Part shown: one piece after another, positions 56,212 to 64,000 of the stretch
Position numbering within the stretch: the first letter of the stretch is position 1
Layout of the letters: every line of letters starts with the position of its first letter
DNA from: Planctomycetota bacterium
GTDB lineage: Bacteria > Planctomycetota > J058
Assembly: GCA_041402045.1 (NCBI GenBank)
Contig: JAWKSZ010000029.1
Span: forward strand, 270-64,269
Length of the DNA: 64,000 bases
Reading direction: 5' to 3'
Notes under the pieces: generated by a model
The model's input: the letters and a program-made list of their open reading frames with translations, nothing else
Told to the model about the DNA's origin: nothing
Database searches by the model: none
Translations under genes and position numbers: made by a program

Positions 56212-57618
56212 ATGGCGACGATCCAGCGCGTGGGCGAACCGGAGAACCAGAGCGAGGCCAAGGCGATCACCGCCTTGGCCTCCGCGCTTCCGGACGACTA
56301 CACCCTCGTCCACAACTTCGAGTTGACCACCGGGCGCGGGCTGCCCTACGAGTACGACCTGGCGGTGATCGGGCCGTTCGCGGTGTGGCACGTCGAGGTC
56401 AAGGGCTACCGCGGCACGATCCAGGGCAACCAGCACCACTGGGTGCTGGACAGCGGCTACCGCCAGCCCTCGCCGATCCCGCTGGCCAACAAGAAGTCCA
56501 AGATCCTGGCCAGCACCCTGCGCAAGCACGACCGGCGCCTGGAGGACGTGTTCGTCGAGACCGCGATCCTGCTCAGCGACGAGCGCGCGAACCTCCGGGT
56601 GCAGGACCCCCAGGCCAGCAAGATCGTGCGCATCGACCAGGCCCTGGAGCACTTCACCGACCCCGGGCGGCTCCCGGTGCGCCCGCGACAGATCGGGCAC
56701 CTCACCGATGGGATCTTGAGCGCGCTGGTGGGGCTGCGGCCCCGACGGCGGGTCACGCAGATCGGGCTCTACGACGTGCTCGAGCGCATCAACCAGACCG
56801 AGGAGCGCACCGTGTTCCTCGCCAAGCACCGCTACATTCGCACCCGCCCGCGCACGATCCTCAAGGTGTTCCACTTCGACATCTACACCTCCGAGGAGGA
56901 GCGTCAGCGGCAGATCGAGGCGATCTTCCACGACCAGGACGCGCTGCGGTTGCTGGGCGTGCACCCGAACCTGATCGACACCAGCGACATGTTCGCGTGG
57001 GACGACAACAAGTTCGTGCTGCCCACCGAATACGTCGAGCAGGGGCGGACCCTGGAGGAGGTGCTCGCGGAGTCCGCCGACCGCGCGATCACCTGGCGCG
57101 AGAAGGCGGACATCATCGTCGGCACCGCCCGCGGGCTGCGGCACGCCCACATGCGCGGGGTGATCCACCGCGACGTGCGCCCGCTGTCGGTGGTGGTGGG
57201 CCCCGGCGGGCTGGCCAAGGTCGTGAACTTCGACCTCGCGCTCCTGCAGCACGCGCCCCAGCTCAGCGCGCCCAAGGGCCTCGAGCGCCGGCTCGACCCG
57301 CGCTACTGCGCGCCCGAGGTGTGGCGGGACCCCGGCTGCGCCGACGCGCGAGCCGACATTTACAGCCTGGGGATCCTGTTCTACGAGCTGATCACCAGCC
57401 AGCGCCCCTACGCCTCGGTCGAGGACCTCCAGGGCGAGGTCCCGCTGGATCGGGAGCTGCTCCTGCGTGAGCTGAGCACGCCAGGGAGCGAGGACTTCAT
57501 GGCCGCGCCCCAGGACGCCGTCGACGTGATCGCCCGGATGTGCGCCTACGAGCGGGAGGCGCGCTATCCAACTCTGGACGGGGTGCTCGAGGACCTCTCG
57601 ATCCTGCGCGAGGACTGA
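56212..57618 (+). CDS. NERD nuclease domain + degenerate protein kinase domain
   Basis: EAKA...YEYDLAVI...VEVKG (NERD); kinase with ILK, HRDVRPLS, NFD (for DFG), YCAPE, ADIYSLG. Confidence 0.85.
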   Translation: MATIQRVGEPENQSEAKAITALASALPDDYTLVHNFELTTGRGLPYEYDLAVIGPFAVWHVEVKGYRGTIQGNQHHWVLDSGYRQPSPIPLANKKSKILASTLRKHDRRLEDVFVETAILLSDERANLRVQDPQASKIVRIDQALEHFTDPGRLPVRPRQIGHLTDGILSALVGLRPRRRVTQIGLYDVLERINQTEERTVFLAKHRYIRTRPRTILKVFHFDIYTSEEERQRQIEAIFHDQDALRLLGVHPNLIDTSDMFAWDDNKFVLPTEYVEQGRTLEEVLAESADRAITWREKADIIVGTARGLRHAHMRGVIHRDVRPLSVVVGPGGLAKVVNFDLALLQHAPQLSAPKGLERRLDPRYCAPEVWRDPGCADARADIYSLGILFYELITSQRPYASVEDLQGEVPLDRELLLRELSTPGSEDFMAAPQDAVDVIARMCAYEREARYPTLDGVLEDLSILRED

Positions 57619-57720
57619 CCGGCGCAGTGCAGTGCATGAGGGGCCAAGCGCTCGCGCAGCCGGCGTCGACGCGCTAGGCTGCGGCCAAACGCGGGCCGCT
57701 CGGAGGCGGCCGGAGGCGGC

Positions 57721-59010
57721 TTGGCGTTCTCGGGAGATTTGACCCTCGTGCCCCCCCAAGAGCTGCTCGATTTCCTCGGGCGGCACTCCCAGAGCGGGCG
57801 ATTGACCCTCGACCGAGGGGACGGGGTCAGCCTGAGCCTGCACCTCGAGGAGGGTCAGGTCCACTGCCCGCTGTTCCCCGCGGTCGAGAGCGGACGCAGC
57901 GGGCGGATCGCGCGCAGCGACCTGGACGCGATCTTCGCGCGCAGCTCGCGGGTGCTCTCCCGGTCCGAAGCCGGGGAGGGCGGTAAGCAGTCCGCCAAGG
58001 CCCGCTCTCGCGGACGGGGCGACCTCCTCGTGCGCGAGCTGCGCGGGCTGGGCACCCAGGAGGCGGCGCACCGGCGCAAGGTCGTCCACCAGGTGATCCA
58101 GCGCGCGATCACCTGGACCGGGCGCTTCCGCTTCATTCCCGGGCCCCTCCCGGCCTGGGTGCGCGACGCCGTGATCAACGAGGAGGTGTGGAGCCAGAAC
58201 GCCAGCGAGCTGGCCATGGAGGGGGCGCGCTTCCGCGACGACACCGCGCGGATCAGCCGCGAGGACCTGTTGCTCGAGCTGGACAAGGAGCCCGAAGACG
58301 TCGTGCAGAGGACGCTCCAGGGCGACCTGACGGGGATCGGGTTGGCGGCGGTGCTCGAGTCGCTGCAGTCGGCCCGGCACTCGGGGACCCTCGAGGTCGG
58401 CGACGCCAAGCTCTCGGTGGACCTGGTGTTCTTCGAGGGGCGCGCGTTCGTCATGCGCCGCGAGGCCGGCGACAGCACGGCGAGCTTCGCGGCTGAGTTC
58501 CTCGAGGTGGGCTCGGACACGGCGCGCTGGAACCTGCGCCAGGAGCCCACCGGACGGGTGCACGAGGACGACCTCGACCCCGAGCTGCGCTCGGCGGTCC
58601 GCGACCCCCTGTTCGCGCTGCTGGTGCACGACGAGGCGCGCTTCCGCTTCCTGGCCGAGGAGCTCCCCGACGACTTCGAGGAGCCCGGGGCGGGGACGGC
58701 GCGGATCGAGCTGCGCACCGACCGCTTCCTGCTCGAGGCGATCCAGCGGCTCACGGAGTGGGACGCCGTGCGTCAGCGGGTGGGACACCGCAAGGTCCTG
58801 CGCTTCGCCTCCTCCGAGGTGCGCCGGCAGTTGATCGCCGAGGCCGACGCGGACACGCGCGAGCTCCTGACCCTGATCGACGGGCGCCGCAGCTTCGGCG
58901 CGCTCCTGGGCAGCGCGTCGCTGGGGCGCCTGGCCACCGGGCGCCTGGTGCGGGGCTGGGTCGAGGACGGGACCCTCGAGATCGTGGACGAGGCCGCCGC
59001 CGAGGCGTGA
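57721..59010 (+). CDS. Tandem DUF4388 domain protein
   Basis: FSGDL...ELLDFL...SGRLTL and LQGDL...VLESL...SGTLEV repeats; FRF motifs; winged-helix-like C-terminus LLTLIDGRRS. Confidence 0.75.
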   Translation: MAFSGDLTLVPPQELLDFLGRHSQSGRLTLDRGDGVSLSLHLEEGQVHCPLFPAVESGRSGRIARSDLDAIFARSSRVLSRSEAGEGGKQSAKARSRGRGDLLVRELRGLGTQEAAHRRKVVHQVIQRAITWTGRFRFIPGPLPAWVRDAVINEEVWSQNASELAMEGARFRDDTARISREDLLLELDKEPEDVVQRTLQGDLTGIGLAAVLESLQSARHSGTLEVGDAKLSVDLVFFEGRAFVMRREAGDSTASFAAEFLEVGSDTARWNLRQEPTGRVHEDDLDPELRSAVRDPLFALLVHDEARFRFLAEELPDDFEEPGAGTARIELRTDRFLLEAIQRLTEWDAVRQRVGHRKVLRFASSEVRRQLIAEADADTRELLTLIDGRRSFGALLGSASLGRLATGRLVRGWVEDGTLEIVDEAAAEA

Positions 59011-59030
59011 CCGGCCGTCGGATCCGGGCG

Positions 59031-60005
59031 CTAGTTGCTCTGCGGGCGCTTGCGGGGCACGTCGATCTTGACGTGGGGAATGGAGGGGAGCGACGAGGCC
59101 ACGAGGCGGGTCACCTCGAGGTTTCCCTCACCCTCGGCGTCGGTCGTGACCTCGACCCAGGCCAGCTTGCCGTTGTCGGAGATCAGCCCTGAGCCGCCGG
59201 CGAACTGGTCGACCATGCGCACCTTGTGCCAGTCGACCTGATCCGCGCTGGGGTTGTCGATCTGGGTCATGACCCCGGTCACGTAGAGCGCGAAGTTCAT
59301 GAACACCGTGGCCGAGCGCACCCGGGCCGAGCTCAAGGGCAAGCTCGACTGCAGGTCCTTCTGCACCTCGGGCTTCCAGAGCGCGCCCTCCTCGTCCGCG
59401 ATCAGGCGCACGTTGGCGGTCTGCACGCCGAAGGCCACGTTGATCTTGGAGCGGGCCTCCTCGTCCTCGAGGCCGAGGGCGCGGCTGTAGACCGAGATCG
59501 GCCCGGCGTGCTCGTTGTTCTTCGCGACCTCCTGGATCCTGGTCGCCATGCCCGAGGGGAAGGGGCCGCGGTCCTTGGGCGCCAGGCGGATCACCGCCGC
59601 CTTGAGGTCCGGCGAGAACACCCGGGGGACCAGCCAACTGCCCGCGTGCAGCCAGGGCTTGGCGCGCTCCCACTCCTCCTGGGAGATCGCCTCCAGGGTG
59701 CGCGGGGAGGGCAGGTCGCCGTCGGGGACGAGGATCGAGAACGAGTTCGGTCCCTGGACCGCGAGCCCCAGCGCCTCGAGGTCCTTCTGCAGCTTGACCA
59801 GGGCCTTGCGGTTGACCTCCTGGTCGAGGTCGGGGACCTCGAGCATGACCACCGCGTGGGGCAGCTCTTGGATCGGACCCTGGGGCGGCTTCTTCATCAG
59901 CGTCGTGAGGTAGACCAGGGCCAGGAGCCCCAGGAACCCGCCGACGAGGAACACGGCGATCGAGCCGAAGGGCCCCTTGTCGTTGGTCTGCTCAGCGTCC
60001 GTCAT
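59031..60005 (-). CDS. Single-pass membrane protein, hypothetical (MMPL/RND periplasmic-domain-like)
   Basis: One N-terminal TM; VFSPDLKAAVIRL and LISDNGKLAWVEV motifs; 15 nt downstream of dctM. Confidence 0.55.
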   Translation of the reverse strand: MTDAEQTNDKGPFGSIAVFLVGGFLGLLALVYLTTLMKKPPQGPIQELPHAVVMLEVPDLDQEVNRKALVKLQKDLEALGLAVQGPNSFSILVPDGDLPSPRTLEAISQEEWERAKPWLHAGSWLVPRVFSPDLKAAVIRLAPKDRGPFPSGMATRIQEVAKNNEHAGPISVYSRALGLEDEEARSKINVAFGVQTANVRLIADEEGALWKPEVQKDLQSSLPLSSARVRSATVFMNFALYVTGVMTQIDNPSADQVDWHKVRMVDQFAGGSGLISDNGKLAWVEVTTDAEGEGNLEVTRLVASSLPSIPHVKIDVPRKRPQSN

Positions 60006-60020
60006 GTGCCTCGTCCCCGG

Positions 60021-62489
60021 TCACCGGCCGTCGTCCGACCCGTCGTCTTCACCGCCCGCGTCGTCGTCACCGTCGTCCCAGGCGTCGTCTTCGTCTTCCC
60101 CGTCGTCCCAGGCGTCGTCGCCCCAGGCGTCGTCCTCTTCCGCGGAGGCCGTGACGGTAACCCGGATCTGCGCCTGAGCCACGTGTCCGCGTTTATCCAT
60201 GACCGTGGCGGTGACCAGGTGCTCGCCGGGCTTGAGGTCGCCCAGGGCGAAGCGCGGCCCGACCTCGCTCTGGCCGCTGGTCCGCGAGCGCCAGGACACC
60301 GTGCGACCCATTTGCTCGAGGTCCGCGACCAGGCGCCGCGCGGCGTCGAGCTCGTCGGCGTAGGGGCGCAGGGGCTCGCGCTGCTGCTCGAGCTCCGCGC
60401 GCTGGGCGCGCAGGACCTTGGCGTCGCCCTCCCGGGCGTTGAGCTTGCTCTCGATGTCGGCGATCTGGCGCTCGATGTCGGCCCAGTCGATCCCGTCCTT
60501 CTCCTGGGCCGCGGCGAACACGCGCTGGGCCTCCTCCAGCCGGGCCTGGGCGGCGGGCAGGTCCTCTTCCCCCGCGGCGATGCGCGAGGGCTCGAGCTCG
60601 GCGTCGCTCCACTGCTCGACGGTCAGGGGTCCCGCGGGGAGGCTCACGTGGGGCAGCTCGCTCTGGAAGAAGCCCAGCGAGAGGAAGGGCAGGTAGGTGA
60701 TCGCCATCAGCGCGACCAGGAGCACCCCAATGAACAGGAGCGAGGCCCGGTAGAGCGCGAACACGGGGCGCCGGAAGCGCAGCGAGGCGATGAACAGGTT
60801 GATCCCGACCGGCGGGGTCGAGTAGCCGATCTCGAGGTTGACCAGGAAGATCGCCGCGAGGTGGTAGGGGTCGACGCCGAACTCGAGGGCCACCGGCGCG
60901 ATCAGGGGCACCACCACCAGGGTCGCGCTGAAGATGTCCATGAGGCAGCCCACGAGCAGCAGGAACAGGTTCAGCATGATCAGGAAGGTCAGCTGGCTGT
61001 GAATGTGGGACTGCATGGCCTCCAGGATCATCTGCGGGATCCGCACCAGGCTCAGCCAGTCGCTGAAGCCGAGCGCCGTGCCCACGATCAGGAGGATCGC
61101 GCCCACGAGCACCGCGGTCTTGCGCACCACGCGGAACAGGTCCTTGAGCCCCAGGTCGCGGTAAATGAACACCGTGGTCACGACCACGTAGAACGCGGTG
61201 ACGGCGGCGGCCTCCTCCGGGGCGATGAACCCGAACATGATCCCGCCGAGCACGATGAACGGGAGCGGGAGCTCCCACAGCGCGCCTCGGAGCGCGGAGG
61301 GGAGGTCGGTCAGGGAGTCCACGAACTTGTGGCGCGGGACCTTGTAGACGATCGCGAACACGAAGCTCAGGCCGGCGAGCAGGACCACCAGCAGGATCCC
61401 GGGCACGAGGGTCGCCTGGTACAGGCGCTTGACGTCCAGGTGCGTGACCACGCCGTAGACGATCACCGGGAGCGAGGGCGCGAACAGCAGCCCCAGGCTG
61501 CCGCCGGTGGTCAGCAGGCCCAGGGAGAAGCGCTCGGGGTAGCCCTCGCGCAGGAGCACCGGGAACAGCAGCCCGCCGAGGGCGATGATCGTGACCCCCG
61601 AGGCGCCGGTGAACGCGGTCAGCACGCAGCAGGTGGTGAGGGTCACCAGCGAGAGCCCGCCGGGGAGCCAGCCGACCAGCGCGCGGCAGAGGTTGATCAG
61701 GCGCGTCGGCGCGCGGGACTCGCTGAGCAAGGTCCCGGCGAAGGTGAACAGCGGGATCGCGATGAACAGCTGGCTGTCGCCCATCGGGGAGAGCCAGCTG
61801 ATGAACACGTTCACGCCCTTGCCCTGGGCGGTCTCGACCTCGCGCGGGTCGACGCGGGTGAAGAAGCCCGAGGTCGTGTCGAGCTGGGTCTCGAGGTAGA
61901 GCCCGAGGCAGGTGATCGCCGCGATCACTACGAACAACGGGGTGCCGAGGAGCGCGAGCAGGGCGATCAACACCCCGGCGCAGGCGACGTGGGTCGGGCT
62001 GAGCCCATAGGTCGTGTAGCTCCCGCGCTTGACCACCCGCAGCTCGACCTCCTCGCCGAACTCGTCGGCGAGGCCGACCCCCACGTCGAGGGTCGCGCCG
62101 GGGTCGGTGGAGGGCGCGCGGAACAGGAGCGACGTGCCGTCCTCCGCGCGCGAGATCTGCTCGGGGTAGACCTGGGTCTGGCCCAGCCACACGCTGTAGG
62201 GCTCGGCGAGGTTCGCGCCGCGGATCAGGACCCACTCGCGGCCCGCGGGGTCGAAGGTGCCCGGGGTGCTGCGGCCGAGCAGGCCCCAGGGGCCCACGGA
62301 GACCCGCTCCACGGCCTCGATCGTGGGGGCGCCGTCGCGAGCGGCGTCGACGGGCTCGAGCACACCCAGGTCGCGGTTGCAGGCGGCGAGCACGAGCAGC
62401 GCGGCCAGGACCGCGAGGCTGCCGCGGAAGCGCCAGGGCAGCGGGCGCTGCCACCAGGGCGGCGGCGGGGGGGCGTTGGGCTCGCTCAC
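60021..62489 (-). CDS. dctM: TRAP large permease DctM fused to N-terminal lipoprotein/IPT-TIG-like and C-terminal coiled-coil + Ig/PKD-like + acidic tail
   Basis: GTG 62489 overlaps the dctQ stop; AIPLFTFAG, FTGASGVTIIALG, GSLGLLFAPS, GYSTPPVGINLF DctM motifs; extra domains at both ends. Confidence 0.88.
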   Translation of the reverse strand: MSEPNAPPPPPWWQRPLPWRFRGSLAVLAALLVLAACNRDLGVLEPVDAARDGAPTIEAVERVSVGPWGLLGRSTPGTFDPAGREWVLIRGANLAEPYSVWLGQTQVYPEQISRAEDGTSLLFRAPSTDPGATLDVGVGLADEFGEEVELRVVKRGSYTTYGLSPTHVACAGVLIALLALLGTPLFVVIAAITCLGLYLETQLDTTSGFFTRVDPREVETAQGKGVNVFISWLSPMGDSQLFIAIPLFTFAGTLLSESRAPTRLINLCRALVGWLPGGLSLVTLTTCCVLTAFTGASGVTIIALGGLLFPVLLREGYPERFSLGLLTTGGSLGLLFAPSLPVIVYGVVTHLDVKRLYQATLVPGILLVVLLAGLSFVFAIVYKVPRHKFVDSLTDLPSALRGALWELPLPFIVLGGIMFGFIAPEEAAAVTAFYVVVTTVFIYRDLGLKDLFRVVRKTAVLVGAILLIVGTALGFSDWLSLVRIPQMILEAMQSHIHSQLTFLIMLNLFLLLVGCLMDIFSATLVVVPLIAPVALEFGVDPYHLAAIFLVNLEIGYSTPPVGINLFIASLRFRRPVFALYRASLLFIGVLLVALMAITYLPFLSLGFFQSELPHVSLPAGPLTVEQWSDAELEPSRIAAGEEDLPAAQARLEEAQRVFAAAQEKDGIDWADIERQIADIESKLNAREGDAKVLRAQRAELEQQREPLRPYADELDAARRLVADLEQMGRTVSWRSRTSGQSEVGPRFALGDLKPGEHLVTATVMDKRGHVAQAQIRVTVTASAEEDDAWGDDAWDDGEDEDDAWDDGDDDAGGEDDGSDDGR

Positions 62490-63574
62490 GGCGCGCGCTC
62501 CTCGCCCTCGGCGTCGGTGGACGTCGTGGCGTCGTCGGGCAGCTCGGGGTCGGGCAGGCGCTGGGTGAACTCCAGCCCGCCCGAGCCCGCGGGGCGCTGT
62601 TCGGGGTCGGGGGTCTCGATCATGGAGTCCTCCCCGCCGAAGTCGACGGGGTCGGCCTCCGAGTCGGGGGCGTGGGGGTCGTAGGGGGCGAGCAGGTCGG
62701 CGGTGGTCAGGAGCTCGCCGTCGGGCTCCGGCTCCGGGTCCGGCTCGCGCAGGTCCTCGTCGTCGCCCAGATCGCGGTAGATCGGGATCTCGTCGGTCGA
62801 GCGGCCCACCACCCGCTTGGGCTGGGGCCCCTGGGCCTGCACCGGCTGGGTCTCGGGCGGCTCGCCCAGGGCGGCGCGCACCGCGGCGCGGGCCGAGTCG
62901 GGGTCCAGCCCCTGGCGAGACGACTCGCTCGCCAGCAGCAGCTCCGCGGCGCCGGCCTCGTCGGAGTCGGCGTGCTCGGCGACCTCGTCGGCCAGCTCGT
63001 CGGCGTGGTCGACGTAGAGCTCGTCGGGCATGAACACGCCCTCCGCCGCGCGCAGCAGGCAGCGCACCGTGATCAGCGCGAGGCCCAGCGGGACGACGAG
63101 CAGGAACGGCCAGCGGTAGACCTTCAGGTCCAGGGCGGCCACCGTGAACATGGGCAGGGTGCGCGGGATCTGGCTCTTGATCAGGTAGACCAGGACCAGC
63201 CCCAGGAGCAGCGCCGTGACCGCAGCGGTCACGAGGCTGATCACCACCCCGAGCCGGCGCCGCCCCTTCGGAGGCAAGAACTTGGGCACGGCCTCGATCG
63301 CGATGTGCCGACCCTCGGCCGTCGCCAGGCTGGCGCCCAGCATGCCGACCCAGATCACGAGGTTGCGCGTGATCGTGTCGAACCACCCCACCGGCTGGAA
63401 CACCTCGCCCTGGAACTGGCGCAGGAAGACCTGCACGAAGGCGAGCAGGATCATGAGCGCCAGGCTCAGCGCGCACACGCCGACCTCGGCCTGCTGCACG
63501 GCCGCGTCGACCTTGCGCAGCTTCAGCAACGCTTGAACCACCGGGGGGTGCGCAGCAGCCGAGTCGGACGTCAT
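62486..63574 (-). CDS. dctQ: TRAP small permease DctQ with long acidic disordered C-terminal tail
   Basis: 4 TM, LVIWVGMLGASLAT...HIAIE DctQ motif; about 170-aa D/E/P-rich tail. Confidence 0.88.
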   Translation of the reverse strand: MTSDSAAAHPPVVQALLKLRKVDAAVQQAEVGVCALSLALMILLAFVQVFLRQFQGEVFQPVGWFDTITRNLVIWVGMLGASLATAEGRHIAIEAVPKFLPPKGRRRLGVVISLVTAAVTALLLGLVLVYLIKSQIPRTLPMFTVAALDLKVYRWPFLLVVPLGLALITVRCLLRAAEGVFMPDELYVDHADELADEVAEHADSDEAGAAELLLASESSRQGLDPDSARAAVRAALGEPPETQPVQAQGPQPKRVVGRSTDEIPIYRDLGDDEDLREPDPEPEPDGELLTTADLLAPYDPHAPDSEADPVDFGGEDSMIETPDPEQRPAGSGGLEFTQRLPDPELPDDATTSTDAEGEERAP

Positions 63575-63584
63575 GCGCGAGGGC

Positions 63585-64000
63585 TTACTTGCCGGACTCG
63601 GCGCGGCGGGCCTCGAGGATCCCGCGGACCTTGTCCAGGGTCTCCTGCGAGTAGAGGCTGCCGACCATTTCGTCGGCGGTCTTCTTGCCGAGCTCCAGGT
63701 AGCGGGGCATCTCCTCCTCGGGGATCGGGATGATCTTCATGCCGTTGCTCTGCAGCTCCTGGACGGTCTCCTCGTTCTTCTGGCGCACCTCGACCAGGAG
63801 CTGGTCCAGGCGCTCGCGGGCGAGCTTGGCGATCCCCTCGCGCATCTTGGCCGGGATCTGGTCCCACTGCTGCTTGCGCACCAGCAGGGCCCCGGTGCCG
63901 TGGCCCACGTTCATGCGGCTCATGTAGCGCAGGTCGCGGTGCCATTGCAGGCCCACCAGGCCGTAGGGCGAGTTGTAGACCGAGTCGATCATGCCCGTCT
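63585..64000 (-). CDS. dctP: TRAP substrate-binding protein DctP (C-terminal part, 5' end outside window)
   Basis: GMIDSVYNSPYGLVGLQWH, KQQWDQIP, ETVQELQSNGMKI; directly upstream of dctQ-dctM. Confidence 0.8.
   Translation of the reverse strand, partial: TGMIDSVYNSPYGLVGLQWHRDLRYMSRMNVGHGTGALLVRKQQWDQIPAKMREGIAKLARERLDQLLVEVRQKNEETVQELQSNGMKIIPIPEEEMPRYLELGKKTADEMVGSLYSQETLDKVRGILEARRAESGK

Overview
Very GC-rich bacterial chromosomal segment with about 50 real genes buried under many antisense and shadow ORFs. Gene content (DUF1549/DUF1553 + DUF1501 pair, redoxin-cytochrome-monooxygenase fusion, expanded Hanks kinases, Prok-RING, DUF4388, planctomycete-style P-II) suggests Planctomycetota (inference). 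Recognisable core genes are mutL, hemA, mnmA, prkA, an HU/IHF gene, glnD, a P-II gene, glnA and a TRAP transporter. Main candidate for an undescribed system: a three-part trans-membrane electron conduit made of a membrane-anchored 2x[4Fe-4S]/FAD/NAD(P)H flavoprotein, a ferric-reductase/NOX-like 4-His membrane protein with a roughly 800-aa repeat-rich disordered N-terminus, and a 26-CxxCH multiheme cytochrome c, next to a hemA-two-component operon. Other highlights: a decayed RAYT-type (Y1 HUH) transposase with a family of covarying multi-hairpin REP/REPIN-like elements; a 163-bp CTAG-flanked MITE whose end supplies the prkA stop; a TRAP transporter whose DctM carries Ig-like/coiled-coil fusions plus an MMPL-periplasmic-like partner; a P-II lacking Tyr51 next to glnD; a stand-alone NERD-kinase; and widespread apparently leaderless genes. 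Several frameshifts lie in G/C homopolymers and may be sequencing errors. No rRNA, tRNA or CRISPR array was found.
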